A DNA stretch of 55,055 nucleotides from the NCBI GenBank assembly GCA_964595005.1, contig CAZQPC010000001.1:1-55055 (forward strand). The letters run 5' to 3'. The DNA comes from an uncultured Magnetovibrio sp. (GTDB taxonomy: Bacteria; Pseudomonadota; Alphaproteobacteria; Rhodospirillales; Casp-alpha2). Positions 18,509 to 27,732 of the stretch are shown here, piece after piece; the stretch's first letter is position 1; the number at the start of each line of letters is the position of its first letter. Under the pieces are notes generated by a model. The model ran no database searches and had not been told where the DNA came from. It worked only from the letters and a program-made list of their open reading frames with translations. The translations under genes and the position numbers were made by a program.

Positions 18509-20659
18509 ATGAAGCAGGTTATCCAAAGCCGCAGGACGGGTCGCCTGGCGCTCAAGGACGTGCCGGCACCGCAAGTCAAAGCCGGGCATGTCTTGGTTCG
18601 GACCAAGACATCACTGATTTCCGCCGGCACTGAACGCATGGTCGTCGACTTCGCCCGCAAAAGCCTCGCCGGCAAGGCCAAGGCGCGCCCCGATCTGGTC
18701 AAGAAGGTCATCGACAAGGCAAAGCGCGACGGCCTCAAGGCAACCTTCCAGACGGTCATGGCGCGCCTTGATGAGCCCTTGCCGCTGGGTTATTCGGCGG
18801 CCGGTGAGGTGACCGCCGTGGGCGCCGGGCTGGAAGGTGTCTTTGCCGTCGGCCAGCGGGTCGCCATGGCTGGCGCCGGCGCCGCCAACCACGCGGAAGT
18901 TAACGCCGTGCCGCGCCATCTGGTGGCGCCCATTCCCGATGACGTGACCGATGAAGCCGCAAGTTTCGGCACACTCGGCGCCATTGCCCTGCACGCGGTG
19001 CGTAATCTGAACGCCGGCTTGGGCGACGTGGTCGCGGTACTGGGATGCGGTCTTGTCGGACAAATGGCGGCCCAGTTTCTGACCCTCTCGGGGGTCCGGG
19101 TCATCGCCCTGGATTATGACACCGAGCGGTTGAATTTGGCCCGGGACCTGGGCGCTGAGGTAGCCGCCAACTTGGCCGAAGACGGATTGACCGAAACGGT
19201 GAGGCGGTTAACCGCCGGCCGCGGCTGCGACGGCATTATTATCGCCGCCGCCACGGACACCGCCGAACCCTTTGAGACCGCCGCCGCCATGGCGCGCGAC
19301 AGGGCCCGGGTCGTGATGGTTGGATTGACGGGCACCGCCTTCCCCTACGCGGACTTCATGAAGAAGGAACTTAACATCATCGTCTCGCGGTCTTACGGAC
19401 CGGGGCGCTACGACGAAGACTTCGAAACCCGCGGGGTTCGCTATCCGGATGGCTGGGTGCGCTGGACAGAGACCGAGAACCTGGGCGAAACCCTGCGCCT
19501 GCTGTCGCCCCGATTAAGCGCGCGACTGCACGTCGAGGCGCTCATTTCACACCGCTTCCCCATCGACGCCGCGGCCCAGGCCTATGATCTGGTGACCGGC
19601 GGCGGCGAGGCACATCTGGGCGTCGTCCTGAGCTATCCCGAAGATACCACCCGGGTTGTTCGGCCGAACTTCAATATCGCTATCCGAAACGGTGCGGCCT
19701 GTGTGTTGGGTGTCGTCGGGGCGGGAAACTTCGCCAAATCCGTTTTGCTGCCGGCTTTGAAGAGGATGGGCAGCGTGCAGTTGCATACCCTCGCAACTCA
19801 ACGCGGCGCGACAGCCGAACACGGGATTGAAACTTTCGGCTTCGGGCGCGCGACAACTGACGTCGGCGACGTTCTGGCGTCTGAAGCCATCAATGCGGTG
19901 CTGATTTCGACGCGCCACGATTCGCACGCCGAATTGACGTCGCGGGCCCTGAACGCAGGCATGAACGTTTTGGTCGAAAAACCCTTAGCATTGACCTGGG
20001 AAGGCCTGAACGGCGTGATCGCCGCACGTGCGGGCAATGAAGCCGCCTTCTTCCAGGTCGGCTTCAACCGGCGTTTCGCACCGGCCGCCGTCCGGCTGCA
20101 GGGTGCGCTGGCAGCGAAGACCGGCCCGAAAGTCGTCTCGATCCGGGTCAACGCCGGCGCCATCGATGCGGATCACTGGGTGCACGCACCTGACGAAGGC
20201 GGCGGCCGCCTATTGGGAGAAGCCTGTCATTTCATCGATCTTGCCCGTTTCTTAATCGGCGCCCCGATCGTGTCGGTGCAGGCCGACGCCGCCCAAGTAA
20301 TCGACGGCGCCTGCGATGACGCTGTCATCGCCGTGCGTTTTGGCGACGGCAGCCTGGCGACGGTGCTGTACACGGCGCTCGGTGATGGGAGCGCCAGCAA
20401 GGAACGGATCGAGGCCCATGCCGGCGGCGCTTCCTATATTGTCGACGATTTCCGCTCGTTCGAGGTTGTCGGCGATAACACGACGCCAGCCTGGAAAGGA
20501 ACCCAGGACAAGGGCTTCGTCGGTGCGCTTACGGCCTTCACTGCGGCCGTTGCGAATGGCACGGCGGCGCCCATCGATGAGGCCGAATTGATCGAAACCA
20601 GCGCCGCCACCCTGGCCGTCATGGACAGTCTGCGGTCGGGCGAACGGATCGTTTTGTGA
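18509..20659 (+). CDS. bi-domain oxidoreductase (MDR/zinc-ADH-like N-terminal half fused to Gfo/Idh/MocA C-terminal half)
   Basis: N-terminal ADH-like region with GCGLVGQ Rossmann motif. C-terminal VVGAGNFAKSVLLPAL Rossmann motif and EKPLA, typical of Gfo/Idh/MocA. Confidence 0.82.
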   Translation: MKQVIQSRRTGRLALKDVPAPQVKAGHVLVRTKTSLISAGTERMVVDFARKSLAGKAKARPDLVKKVIDKAKRDGLKATFQTVMARLDEPLPLGYSAAGEVTAVGAGLEGVFAVGQRVAMAGAGAANHAEVNAVPRHLVAPIPDDVTDEAASFGTLGAIALHAVRNLNAGLGDVVAVLGCGLVGQMAAQFLTLSGVRVIALDYDTERLNLARDLGAEVAANLAEDGLTETVRRLTAGRGCDGIIIAAATDTAEPFETAAAMARDRARVVMVGLTGTAFPYADFMKKELNIIVSRSYGPGRYDEDFETRGVRYPDGWVRWTETENLGETLRLLSPRLSARLHVEALISHRFPIDAAAQAYDLVTGGGEAHLGVVLSYPEDTTRVVRPNFNIAIRNGAACVLGVVGAGNFAKSVLLPALKRMGSVQLHTLATQRGATAEHGIETFGFGRATTDVGDVLASEAINAVLISTRHDSHAELTSRALNAGMNVLVEKPLALTWEGLNGVIAARAGNEAAFFQVGFNRRFAPAAVRLQGALAAKTGPKVVSIRVNAGAIDADHWVHAPDEGGGRLLGEACHFIDLARFLIGAPIVSVQADAAQVIDGACDDAVIAVRFGDGSLATVLYTALGDGSASKERIEAHAGGASYIVDDFRSFEVVGDNTTPAWKGTQDKGFVGALTAFTAAVANGTAAPIDEAELIETSAATLAVMDSLRSGERIVL

Positions 20660-20669
20660 TGGGTTGAAC

Positions 20670-21248
20670 ATGGATTTAAATGCCTTCTTTGACGATGAGT
20701 TTGATGAACATGTCGAGGTCGTGACGGCGACCCGTTCCGCCATGCGTGAACCTTTTTCAGCGCTGGTCGCGGCCGCCAAGATCTGCATCGAAAGCGGCGG
20801 CAAAATTCTGTTTTTCGGCAACGGCGGCAGTGCGTCCGATTGTCAGCACCTGGCCACCGAACTGACCATCCGTTACAAGACCGACCGCGCCCCCATCGCC
20901 GCCATCGCGCTGACCACGGACACCTCGGCCCTGACCGCCGGCGGCAACGACCTGGGCTTTGATGAGATCTTCGCCCGCCAGGTGGCGGCGCTGGCTAAGC
21001 CCGGTGACATGGCGATCGGTATATCCACCTCAGGCCAGAGCGAAAATGTCATCCGCGGCTTGGCCAAGGCGCGCGACATGGGCTGTATCGCGGCCGGCTT
21101 CGGCGGCAAGGACGGCGGCCGCATGGGCGCCGTCGCCGACCCTTTTCTGGTGGTCCCGTCACGAACAACGGCACGCATTCAGGAGATGCACATTACGCTT
21201 GGTCAGATGCTGTGCGGGGCCCTGGAAATCGAATTGGGACTGGTATGA
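20670..21248 (+). CDS. gmhA: D-sedoheptulose-7-phosphate isomerase (SIS domain)
   Basis: GNGGSASDCQH motif. The track start at 20664 is TTG; the first ATG is at 20670. The stop overlaps the hldE ATG (ATGA). Confidence 0.88.
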   Translation: MDLNAFFDDEFDEHVEVVTATRSAMREPFSALVAAAKICIESGGKILFFGNGGSASDCQHLATELTIRYKTDRAPIAAIALTTDTSALTAGGNDLGFDEIFARQVAALAKPGDMAIGISTSGQSENVIRGLAKARDMGCIAAGFGGKDGGRMGAVADPFLVVPSRTTARIQEMHITLGQMLCGALEIELGLV

Positions 21249-22726
21249 CGACATCGGGTGATCTGATCGGCGTTGTATCGGCCATTGCAAAGGCCCGGGT
21301 TCTCTGTGTCGGCGACGTCATGCTGGACCGGTTTGTCACCGGCGAGGTCGAACGCATCTCTCCGGAAGCGCCAGTGCCGGTGCTGCGGATACACGACGAA
21401 TCGGCCATGCTGGGCGGGGCCGGGAATGTTGCCCGGAATGTCGCGGCGCTGGGTGGCCAGGTTACGCTGGCGGCTCTCGTCGGTGACGATGATGCCGGCA
21501 TCGAGATCGAAACTCAAATTGGCGCCCTGAAGACGGCCGTCTCGATCATGATACGCGATCAGGCCCGGCCGACCGCCATTAAAACCCGGTTTGTCGCCGG
21601 CACCCAACAAATGCTGCGCGCCGATGCTGAAACCACGGAGCCATTGACCGAGGCGACTGCAGAAAAATTGATGGCCTCGGCGGAAACGGCATTGGCGGAC
21701 CATGACGTGCTGATCCTGTCCGACTATGGCAAGGGCGTTCTGGCCGACGGACGTGCCGTCAGGCTTATTGCGGCTGCCAAGGCTGCCGGAAAGCCCGTGG
21801 TTGTCGATCCGAAAGGCCATGACTACAGCATTTACAGCGGCGCCGATGTCATTACCCCGAACCGCAAGGAAATGCGTGAAGCCAGCGGTGGTGCGGCGGA
21901 AACCCTGGACGACGCGGCGGCGACGGCCAAATCCCTGGCCACCGCTCATGATTTCGGCAAGGTCCTCGTCACCTTGAGCCAGGACGGCATGATCCTGGCC
22001 GCGTCCGATAGCACTCATCATTTGGCGGCCGAGGCCCGCGAGGTATTCGACGTTTCCGGTGCCGGCGATACGGTAGTCGCGGCGGTCGCCGGCGCCCTGG
22101 CCGCCGGAGCGACCATCAATGATGCTGCCCGTCTGGCCAATGTCTGCGCCGGTATTGTCGTCGGCAAGACCGGCACGGCGGCGGCTTATCTGTCGGAAGT
22201 TATCGCGACCCTGCACCACCAGGATATCTCCCGCGCCGAAGCGAAACTGCTGGGCGGCGATCAGGCCCGCGACCGGGCCGACGTCTGGCGGCGCCAGGGT
22301 CTGAAGGTCGGGTTCACCAACGGCTGCTTCGATTTATTGCATCCGGGCCACGTCTCGCTGCTCAACCAAGCCCGGGCCGCCTGCGACAGGCTGATCGTCG
22401 CCCTCAACAGTGATGCCTCCGTGCAGCGCCTGAAGGGCGACGGCCGCCCGGTACAGGCGGAAGCCGCCCGCGCCACCGTGCTGGCCTCGTTGGCGGCCGT
22501 CGACATCTGTGTCATTTTCGACCAGGACACGCCCTTGGACCTGATCAACACCTTGAAACCGGACGTATTGGTGAAGGGTGCCGACTATGCCGTCGACGAG
22601 GTTGTCGGCGCCACGGAGGTCCAATCGTGGGGCGGGCGCGTCCTTTTGGCGGACCTGGAAGACGGGTTCTCGACCACCGCGACCATCGCGCGCCTGGATG
22701 GCAGCGCCGCCGGAGAGGCTTCCTGA
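21245..22726 (+). CDS. hldE: bifunctional D-beta-D-heptose 7-phosphate kinase / D-beta-D-heptose 1-phosphate adenylyltransferase
   Basis: Ribokinase-like N-terminal half (DVSGAGDTV). Cytidylyltransferase C-terminal half (GFTNGCFDLLHPGH). Confidence 0.92.
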   Translation: MTTSGDLIGVVSAIAKARVLCVGDVMLDRFVTGEVERISPEAPVPVLRIHDESAMLGGAGNVARNVAALGGQVTLAALVGDDDAGIEIETQIGALKTAVSIMIRDQARPTAIKTRFVAGTQQMLRADAETTEPLTEATAEKLMASAETALADHDVLILSDYGKGVLADGRAVRLIAAAKAAGKPVVVDPKGHDYSIYSGADVITPNRKEMREASGGAAETLDDAAATAKSLATAHDFGKVLVTLSQDGMILAASDSTHHLAAEAREVFDVSGAGDTVVAAVAGALAAGATINDAARLANVCAGIVVGKTGTAAAYLSEVIATLHHQDISRAEAKLLGGDQARDRADVWRRQGLKVGFTNGCFDLLHPGHVSLLNQARAACDRLIVALNSDASVQRLKGDGRPVQAEAARATVLASLAAVDICVIFDQDTPLDLINTLKPDVLVKGADYAVDEVVGATEVQSWGGRVLLADLEDGFSTTATIARLDGSAAGEAS

Positions 22727-23343
22727 GCGTCGAACCGGCGAACCTTCCCCATCACTGGGCGCATGGCGTTTACCTGCTGGCCTGGCTGAGTTTCGGTGTC
22801 GGGCACAGTTGGCTGGCCGGGCGGCGGTTGCGGGCTCTGTTCGGCGCGCATGGACGGCTCGCCTTTAACATCATCGCGGCCGTTCATCTCGGCCTGGTCC
22901 TGGAAATTGGCGCGTGGGCGTTTGCCGGGTTGCCGCGTTTCGCCGTCAGCGGTTGGGGTTGGAGCGTCCTGACGGCCATGGCCGTCGCCGGATGGGCCAT
23001 GCTGTTCTTGGTTCTCAGGACCTATGATCTGGGCAAGTTTTCCGGCCTTGCCCAAATTCGCGCGGCGAAGGCCGGCGCCGCCATGGTGGTCGATGACGAG
23101 GCGATGATCACCGGCGGATTTCACGCCTATATCCGCCATCCGCTGTACAGTGCCGCATTCCTGGTGCTGTGGAGCGCGGCGTGGAACGACCACGGCCTGG
23201 CGACGGCCCTTTGGGGATCGCTCTATCTGATCATCGGCAGCCGCTTCGAGGAACGCCGGCTGATCCGCCTGCACGGCGATGCTTACCGGGCCTACCGGGC
23301 ACGGGTGCCGGCATTCGTTCCCTGGCGCGGCAAGGCCGTATGA
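22627..23343 (+). CDS. ICMT/PEMT-like membrane methyltransferase family protein (start uncertain)
   Basis: C-terminal GGFHAYIRHPLYSAAFLVLW...RFEERRL pattern of the isoprenylcysteine carboxyl/phospholipid methyltransferase fold. The only in-frame start is GTG 22627, 100 nt inside hldE. Confidence 0.6.
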   Translation: MGRARPFGGPGRRVLDHRDHRAPGWQRRRRGFLSVEPANLPHHWAHGVYLLAWLSFGVGHSWLAGRRLRALFGAHGRLAFNIIAAVHLGLVLEIGAWAFAGLPRFAVSGWGWSVLTAMAVAGWAMLFLVLRTYDLGKFSGLAQIRAAKAGAAMVVDDEAMITGGFHAYIRHPLYSAAFLVLWSAAWNDHGLATALWGSLYLIIGSRFEERRLIRLHGDAYRAYRARVPAFVPWRGKAV

Positions 23344-23421
23344 TTGGCGCAAGGATCGGGTGGGCGGGTAACCGGCCATCTGGTTTGATGGTGGCGTCAA
23401 TCACCGTAATGGAGCCCCACA

Positions 23422-23895
23422 ATGACCGCGACCCGCTATACACCCCTTGCCAGCGATCTGGTGGTTACCTATCGGAACGGCGGGCCCGATGCCAATGGCC
23501 ACGCACCGGAAAGAAGGACATCGGACGGGTCCGGCGTACCCTGCCGCCATTGTCTGAAACAGGTGGCCGCCGGGAACGATTATCTGGTTTTGGCGCACCG
23601 GCCTTTCCCGGACGCCCAGCCCTATGCGGAGGTCGGGCCGATCTTCGTGCATGCCGACGCCTGCCCGGCGTTCCATGGCGAAACCCATCGCCCGCCGATC
23701 TTGACGGGCAGCCCGCGGTTTCTGGTCCGCGGCTACGGCCATGATCACCGGATCGTCTACGGAACAGGCGATGTCATCGAGACCGATGCCGTCGACCGAT
23801 ACGCCGGCGGGCTTCTTGAGCGGGCCGAGATTGCCTACGTTCATGTCCGCTCGGCTAGGAACAATTGTTACCAATGCCGTATTGACCGGGCCTAA
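23422..23895 (+). CDS. DUF1203 domain-containing protein
   Basis: SDGSGVPCRHCL...YLVLAHRPF...PYAEVGPIFVHADAC pattern. GGAG RBS 8 nt upstream. Confidence 0.72.
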   Translation: MTATRYTPLASDLVVTYRNGGPDANGHAPERRTSDGSGVPCRHCLKQVAAGNDYLVLAHRPFPDAQPYAEVGPIFVHADACPAFHGETHRPPILTGSPRFLVRGYGHDHRIVYGTGDVIETDAVDRYAGGLLERAEIAYVHVRSARNNCYQCRIDRA

Positions 23896-23925
23896 TACCA
23901 CCGTAAGTTTTCATATGACGCATCT

Positions 23926-23948
23926 ACCGGTGCACGACCGGTGTTTTT
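23926..23948 (+). terminator. candidate rho-independent terminator after the DUF1203 gene
   Basis: ACCGGT-GCACG-ACCGGT stem-loop (6-bp stem) followed by GTTTTT. Confidence 0.45.
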
Positions 23949-24020
23949 GCGCTGACCCCGATTGCAATAGACACGCGCCGGCCGCAGAATGCGCTTCGGA
24001 TAATTCAAGGGGATGCTGGC

Positions 24021-24410
24021 ATGGCAGAATTCTCACGAATGCGTGTTTTGATTGTCGATGACGACGAAGCCATCCGAAACGCGATGCAGAAAGCGCTGAA
24101 AGCGCTGGGTATTGAGAATACCGAAGAGGCCAGTGACGGCAGTGAAGCCGTAACCATGGCAACCGACACCGAACAAGCGTTCGATGTCGCCATATGTGAT
24201 CTGAACATGCCGGGCGAGGACGGTCTGATTATGGCCAAACGCCTGGGTGCCTTGCGTTATGCGCCGGCCATTATTTTTTCCAGCGGCCTGGATGACGGCA
24301 TGATCAGCCTGGCGCGGGATCTGGCCGAAGGTCATGGCCTGAAGGTTCTCGGGGTGGCCCGCAAACCCCTTTCCCTGGACAGTCTGAAAGAGTTTTTAGA
24401 GAGCGCCTAG
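24021..24410 (+). CDS. single-domain response regulator (CheY-like receiver)
   Basis: MRVLIVDDDE acidic pocket, phospho-acceptor context VAICDLNMPGEDG, conserved Lys in ARKPL. No output domain and no kinase gene adjacent. Confidence 0.85.
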   Translation: MAEFSRMRVLIVDDDEAIRNAMQKALKALGIENTEEASDGSEAVTMATDTEQAFDVAICDLNMPGEDGLIMAKRLGALRYAPAIIFSSGLDDGMISLARDLAEGHGLKVLGVARKPLSLDSLKEFLESA

Positions 24411-24425
24411 AGCCTGATATATGCG

Positions 24426-26339
24426 TCATTCATTGCCGGTGACGACCGATAGTATCCGGTCCCACAGGCTTTTCTTCGCTTTCACGCCAGCCTTCGACTT
24501 CGCAACCTTTGGTGCTGTCGGCATCTTCACCGGGCCATTGACGCCGGGCAGTGGGCGCTTGGCCCGCCCACGATGCGCATCGGTCATGAACCGTTGCCAA
24601 ATAACCGCCGGCAAGCCGCCGCCGGTGACGCGCTTCATGGGCGCGCCATTGTCATTGCCGACCCAGACACCGGCCACCAGGTCCGCCGTGTAGCCGACAA
24701 ACCAGGCGTCCCGATGGTTCTGACTGGTGCCGGTCTTGCCCGCCGCCGGCCGGTCCAGGTGCGCGGCGCGGCCTGTGCCCTCGGCGATGACGCCGCTCAT
24801 CATTTGGTTCATGGCGGCCACATGGCGGGCCTCAATGACCCGGCCGGGACCCGAACCCGAACGCCGGTAAAGGGTCTTGCCGCCACCGTCTGTGATGTTG
24901 CGGATACCAAAGGGCCAGGCCGCCGTGCCGCCATTGGCGAAGGCCGCGTAAGCGGCTGTCAGATCGATCAGGCTGACGTCATGGGTGCCCAGCGCCAGGC
25001 TTGGCGTCGGCAAAATATTGCCAGGAATACCCAACCGGGCGGCGACCTGGGCGACCCGCGAAATTTCGGCCCGTTGGCCGACGCGAACCGCCGCTGTATT
25101 CAAAGAGCGGGCCAGCGCTTCGGCCATACTGACCGGTCCCAGGAATTGCCGTTTGAAATTTCTCGGCGACCAATCGCCGATACGTATGGGGGCGTCTTCG
25201 ACGGTGTCTCCCGGCCGCATGCCCGACTCCAGGCCGGCCAGGAAGACGAAGGGTTTGAAGGCGGAACCCGGCTGGCGGCGTGCCTGGGTGGCTCGGTTGA
25301 AGGAACTGGCGCCATAGTTGCGGCCGCCGACAAGGGCGCGCACGGCGCCATCGCCGGCCAACGCCACCAGCGCACCCTGGCTCGCGCCGGCTTTTTTGCC
25401 GGGCCCATCCAGAGCCGCCTTCAACCGCCGCTCGGCGGCCGCCTGAAGGGCCGGATTGAGGGTCGTGGTGACGGTAATATCACGATCTCCCGGCGACAGA
25501 TAATCGGCGACCTGATCCAACACCCAGTCCGTAAAATAGCGGCCCGGCGGCCCGGCGGCGGCCCGCCGGCGCTGGCGGTGATCGCTGGCCGCCTTGGCCT
25601 GCTTCGCACTCAAATACCCGGCGGCAATCATATTCTTCAGCACCTGGGCCGTGCGTTTTTTGGCCAATCCCGGATTGGCGCGGGGATTATAACGGCTGGG
25701 TGCCTTCAAGAGCCCGGCGACCAATGCCGCCTCATAGGTCGTCATACGCTTCGCCGGCACCCCGAAATAACGCCGGGCCGCGGCATCCACACCGTAAGTG
25801 CCGGCCCCAAGATAGACACGGTTCAGATAAATGGTCAGGATCTGGTCCTTGGAAAACTTATGCTCCAGCCACAGCGACAGCAGAACCTCCTGAACCTTGC
25901 GTTTCAGCGACCGTTCCGGGGTCAAGAACAGGTTTTTCGCCACCTGCTGGGTGATCGTCGATCCGCCCTGGACGATGCGCCCGGCGCGAACGTTGCGGTA
26001 GGCGGCCCGCGCGATGCCGATGACATCAAGACCGAAATGGCTGTAAAACCGCCGGTCCTCGGTCGCCAACACCGCCTGGGACAGAACCTTCGGCAGGTCC
26101 GAGACCCGAAGCGGCAGCCCATAGAGATCGCCGCGGGTCGCCAGCAAGGACCCATCGGCCGCCAAAAGCGTCACTGTCGGGCGCCGTGTCGCCTGCAGGG
26201 CATCATCGATATCGGGCAAATCCGTGGCGTACCAGGCAGCAATACCAGCGGCAGCAATGGCCCCCCACACGCCCACCGTCGCCGTCCACTTGAACAGCGT
26301 CCAGAACCAGCCGGAACCCTTGGTGTCTTTTTCCGTCAT
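24426..26339 (-). CDS. PBP1A-family bifunctional penicillin-binding protein (glycosyltransferase 51 + transpeptidase)
   Basis: N-terminal TM. GT51 motifs EDRRFYSHFGLD, GGSTITQQ, RKVQE. Transpeptidase motifs SAFK, SLN, KTGTS. Confidence 0.9.
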   Translation of the reverse strand: MTEKDTKGSGWFWTLFKWTATVGVWGAIAAAGIAAWYATDLPDIDDALQATRRPTVTLLAADGSLLATRGDLYGLPLRVSDLPKVLSQAVLATEDRRFYSHFGLDVIGIARAAYRNVRAGRIVQGGSTITQQVAKNLFLTPERSLKRKVQEVLLSLWLEHKFSKDQILTIYLNRVYLGAGTYGVDAAARRYFGVPAKRMTTYEAALVAGLLKAPSRYNPRANPGLAKKRTAQVLKNMIAAGYLSAKQAKAASDHRQRRRAAAGPPGRYFTDWVLDQVADYLSPGDRDITVTTTLNPALQAAAERRLKAALDGPGKKAGASQGALVALAGDGAVRALVGGRNYGASSFNRATQARRQPGSAFKPFVFLAGLESGMRPGDTVEDAPIRIGDWSPRNFKRQFLGPVSMAEALARSLNTAAVRVGQRAEISRVAQVAARLGIPGNILPTPSLALGTHDVSLIDLTAAYAAFANGGTAAWPFGIRNITDGGGKTLYRRSGSGPGRVIEARHVAAMNQMMSGVIAEGTGRAAHLDRPAAGKTGTSQNHRDAWFVGYTADLVAGVWVGNDNGAPMKRVTGGGLPAVIWQRFMTDAHRGRAKRPLPGVNGPVKMPTAPKVAKSKAGVKAKKSLWDRILSVVTGNE

Positions 26340-26655
26340 TCGTACTTATGAAAGCCGCGCTGTTAGCATCCGGTTAACGGCGCCCGTTGTGCACCGCCAC
26401 ATAACGTGTGAATTCCATTCCAGCGAATTCGCTGCTTCGGTTTCCATTTCGGAGCAAAAAATGCAAATCGGTTGATAAATAACCTGCGAAAATCGACCAT
26501 ACAACTTCAATAAAATGAGAATTCATTAAGCTAGAGAATTTGGACCAAACTACTACCGGAAAGCCATTGCCAACGCTCTCGATCAGTTCCAGTCCGAGGA
26601 ATGTCGGAATTACATCACAAATTCCGGATACAGGTCTGATCGTTCTTGAAATGCT

Positions 26656-26832
26656 CTAGAACCGCGCGGTCCAGTCGCAAATGTCGATGCCGCGCTCGAA
26701 CAGTAGGTCTTCGACCTGCTGTGGCGATAGCGTCCATACATCATTGCCGTGAGGCGGATCCCCGCGGGCGATCTGTTGAAGCATCGGAAAAGGCTTTTCA
26801 TCCAAGAAGGCTACGGGATGCCCATTCTCGTT
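26656..26832 (-). pseudogene. possible remnant of an IS6-like transposase N-terminal HTH
   Basis: The minus-strand frame reads ...DVWTLSPQQVEDLLFERGIDICDWTARF*. This resembles the IS26-type segment ISYRELQEMLAERGVNVDHSTIYRW. It is bounded by stops and lies in the only AT-rich stretch of the window. Confidence 0.25.
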
Positions 26833-26898
26833 TCAAACTGATTTAGTCTGACACTGCCTGCGACAGGGCGTTCACTTATCCGAAACTGCCGCCGGATG

Positions 26899-27732
26899 TC
26901 AGGCCGGGTCGGCGTCCCGATAATAGGCGAAAGCCGCGACGATCGCCTGGGCCAGGACCATCGAGCCCGTCAGCGGCCGGAACCGGTGAGAATTGGATTC
27001 GCGGACAGTGAAATAATGGCTGCAATAGCGGCTGAGCGGGCTCGAAAGGGTGTCGGTGATGGTCAGGATCGGGGTGCCCCGGATATGCGTTTCCTTGACG
27101 ATTTCGACAACGGCCGGCGAATAGGGGGCGAAGGAAACGGCGATCAAAAGATCGTCCGCGGTCATCAGCGCCGCCTGCTGCGGCGCCATCCCGCCGACAA
27201 AGTCAAGAAGATGGCAGGGCGTCTCCATGCGGGTCAACGCGTAGGAAATATAACTGGCCACGGGGAAGGCCCGGCGCTGGCCTAGCACGTAAATTTGACG
27301 GGCCTTTGCCAACAATTCCATGGCCGCCTTCAAGGCCTCCGCGGTCGTGTCTTCCTGCAGCCACGTCAATGAATCGATCGAGGTTTCGGAAAGTTCCTTT
27401 AAGATTGACAGCGGATCATCCTGCGCCGCCTCTTCCAGTTTTTCGTGTTGATCGTAAATGCGGCCGCGGTTCGCCGGCACGCCTTCGATCAGGCGCAGCC
27501 GGAAGACTTTCTGCATGTCGCTGAAGCCGGAATAACCGAAGGCTTTGGCGAAACGGACAAGGCTGGAAGGCTGGGCCTCCGCCTTTTTGGCGATATTGAC
27601 GATGGTTTCCAGGGCAAAGGTATTGGGGTCTTCCAAGGCCGTTCGGGCAATGCGCTGCAATTGCGGGCTCAGCGTTTCGTAATTATCGTGAAACGCGATC
27701 CGCAGTTCATCGAATGTATCCGGCGCGCTCAT
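26899..27732 (-). CDS. MurR/RpiR-family transcriptional regulator (HTH_6 + SIS)
   Basis: N-terminal LSPQLQRIARTALEDP...IAKKAEAQPSSLVRFAKAFGYSGFSDMQ HTH. C-terminal SIS-like domain. Confidence 0.87.
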   Translation of the reverse strand: MSAPDTFDELRIAFHDNYETLSPQLQRIARTALEDPNTFALETIVNIAKKAEAQPSSLVRFAKAFGYSGFSDMQKVFRLRLIEGVPANRGRIYDQHEKLEEAAQDDPLSILKELSETSIDSLTWLQEDTTAEALKAAMELLAKARQIYVLGQRRAFPVASYISYALTRMETPCHLLDFVGGMAPQQAALMTADDLLIAVSFAPYSPAVVEIVKETHIRGTPILTITDTLSSPLSRYCSHYFTVRESNSHRFRPLTGSMVLAQAIVAAFAYYRDADPA

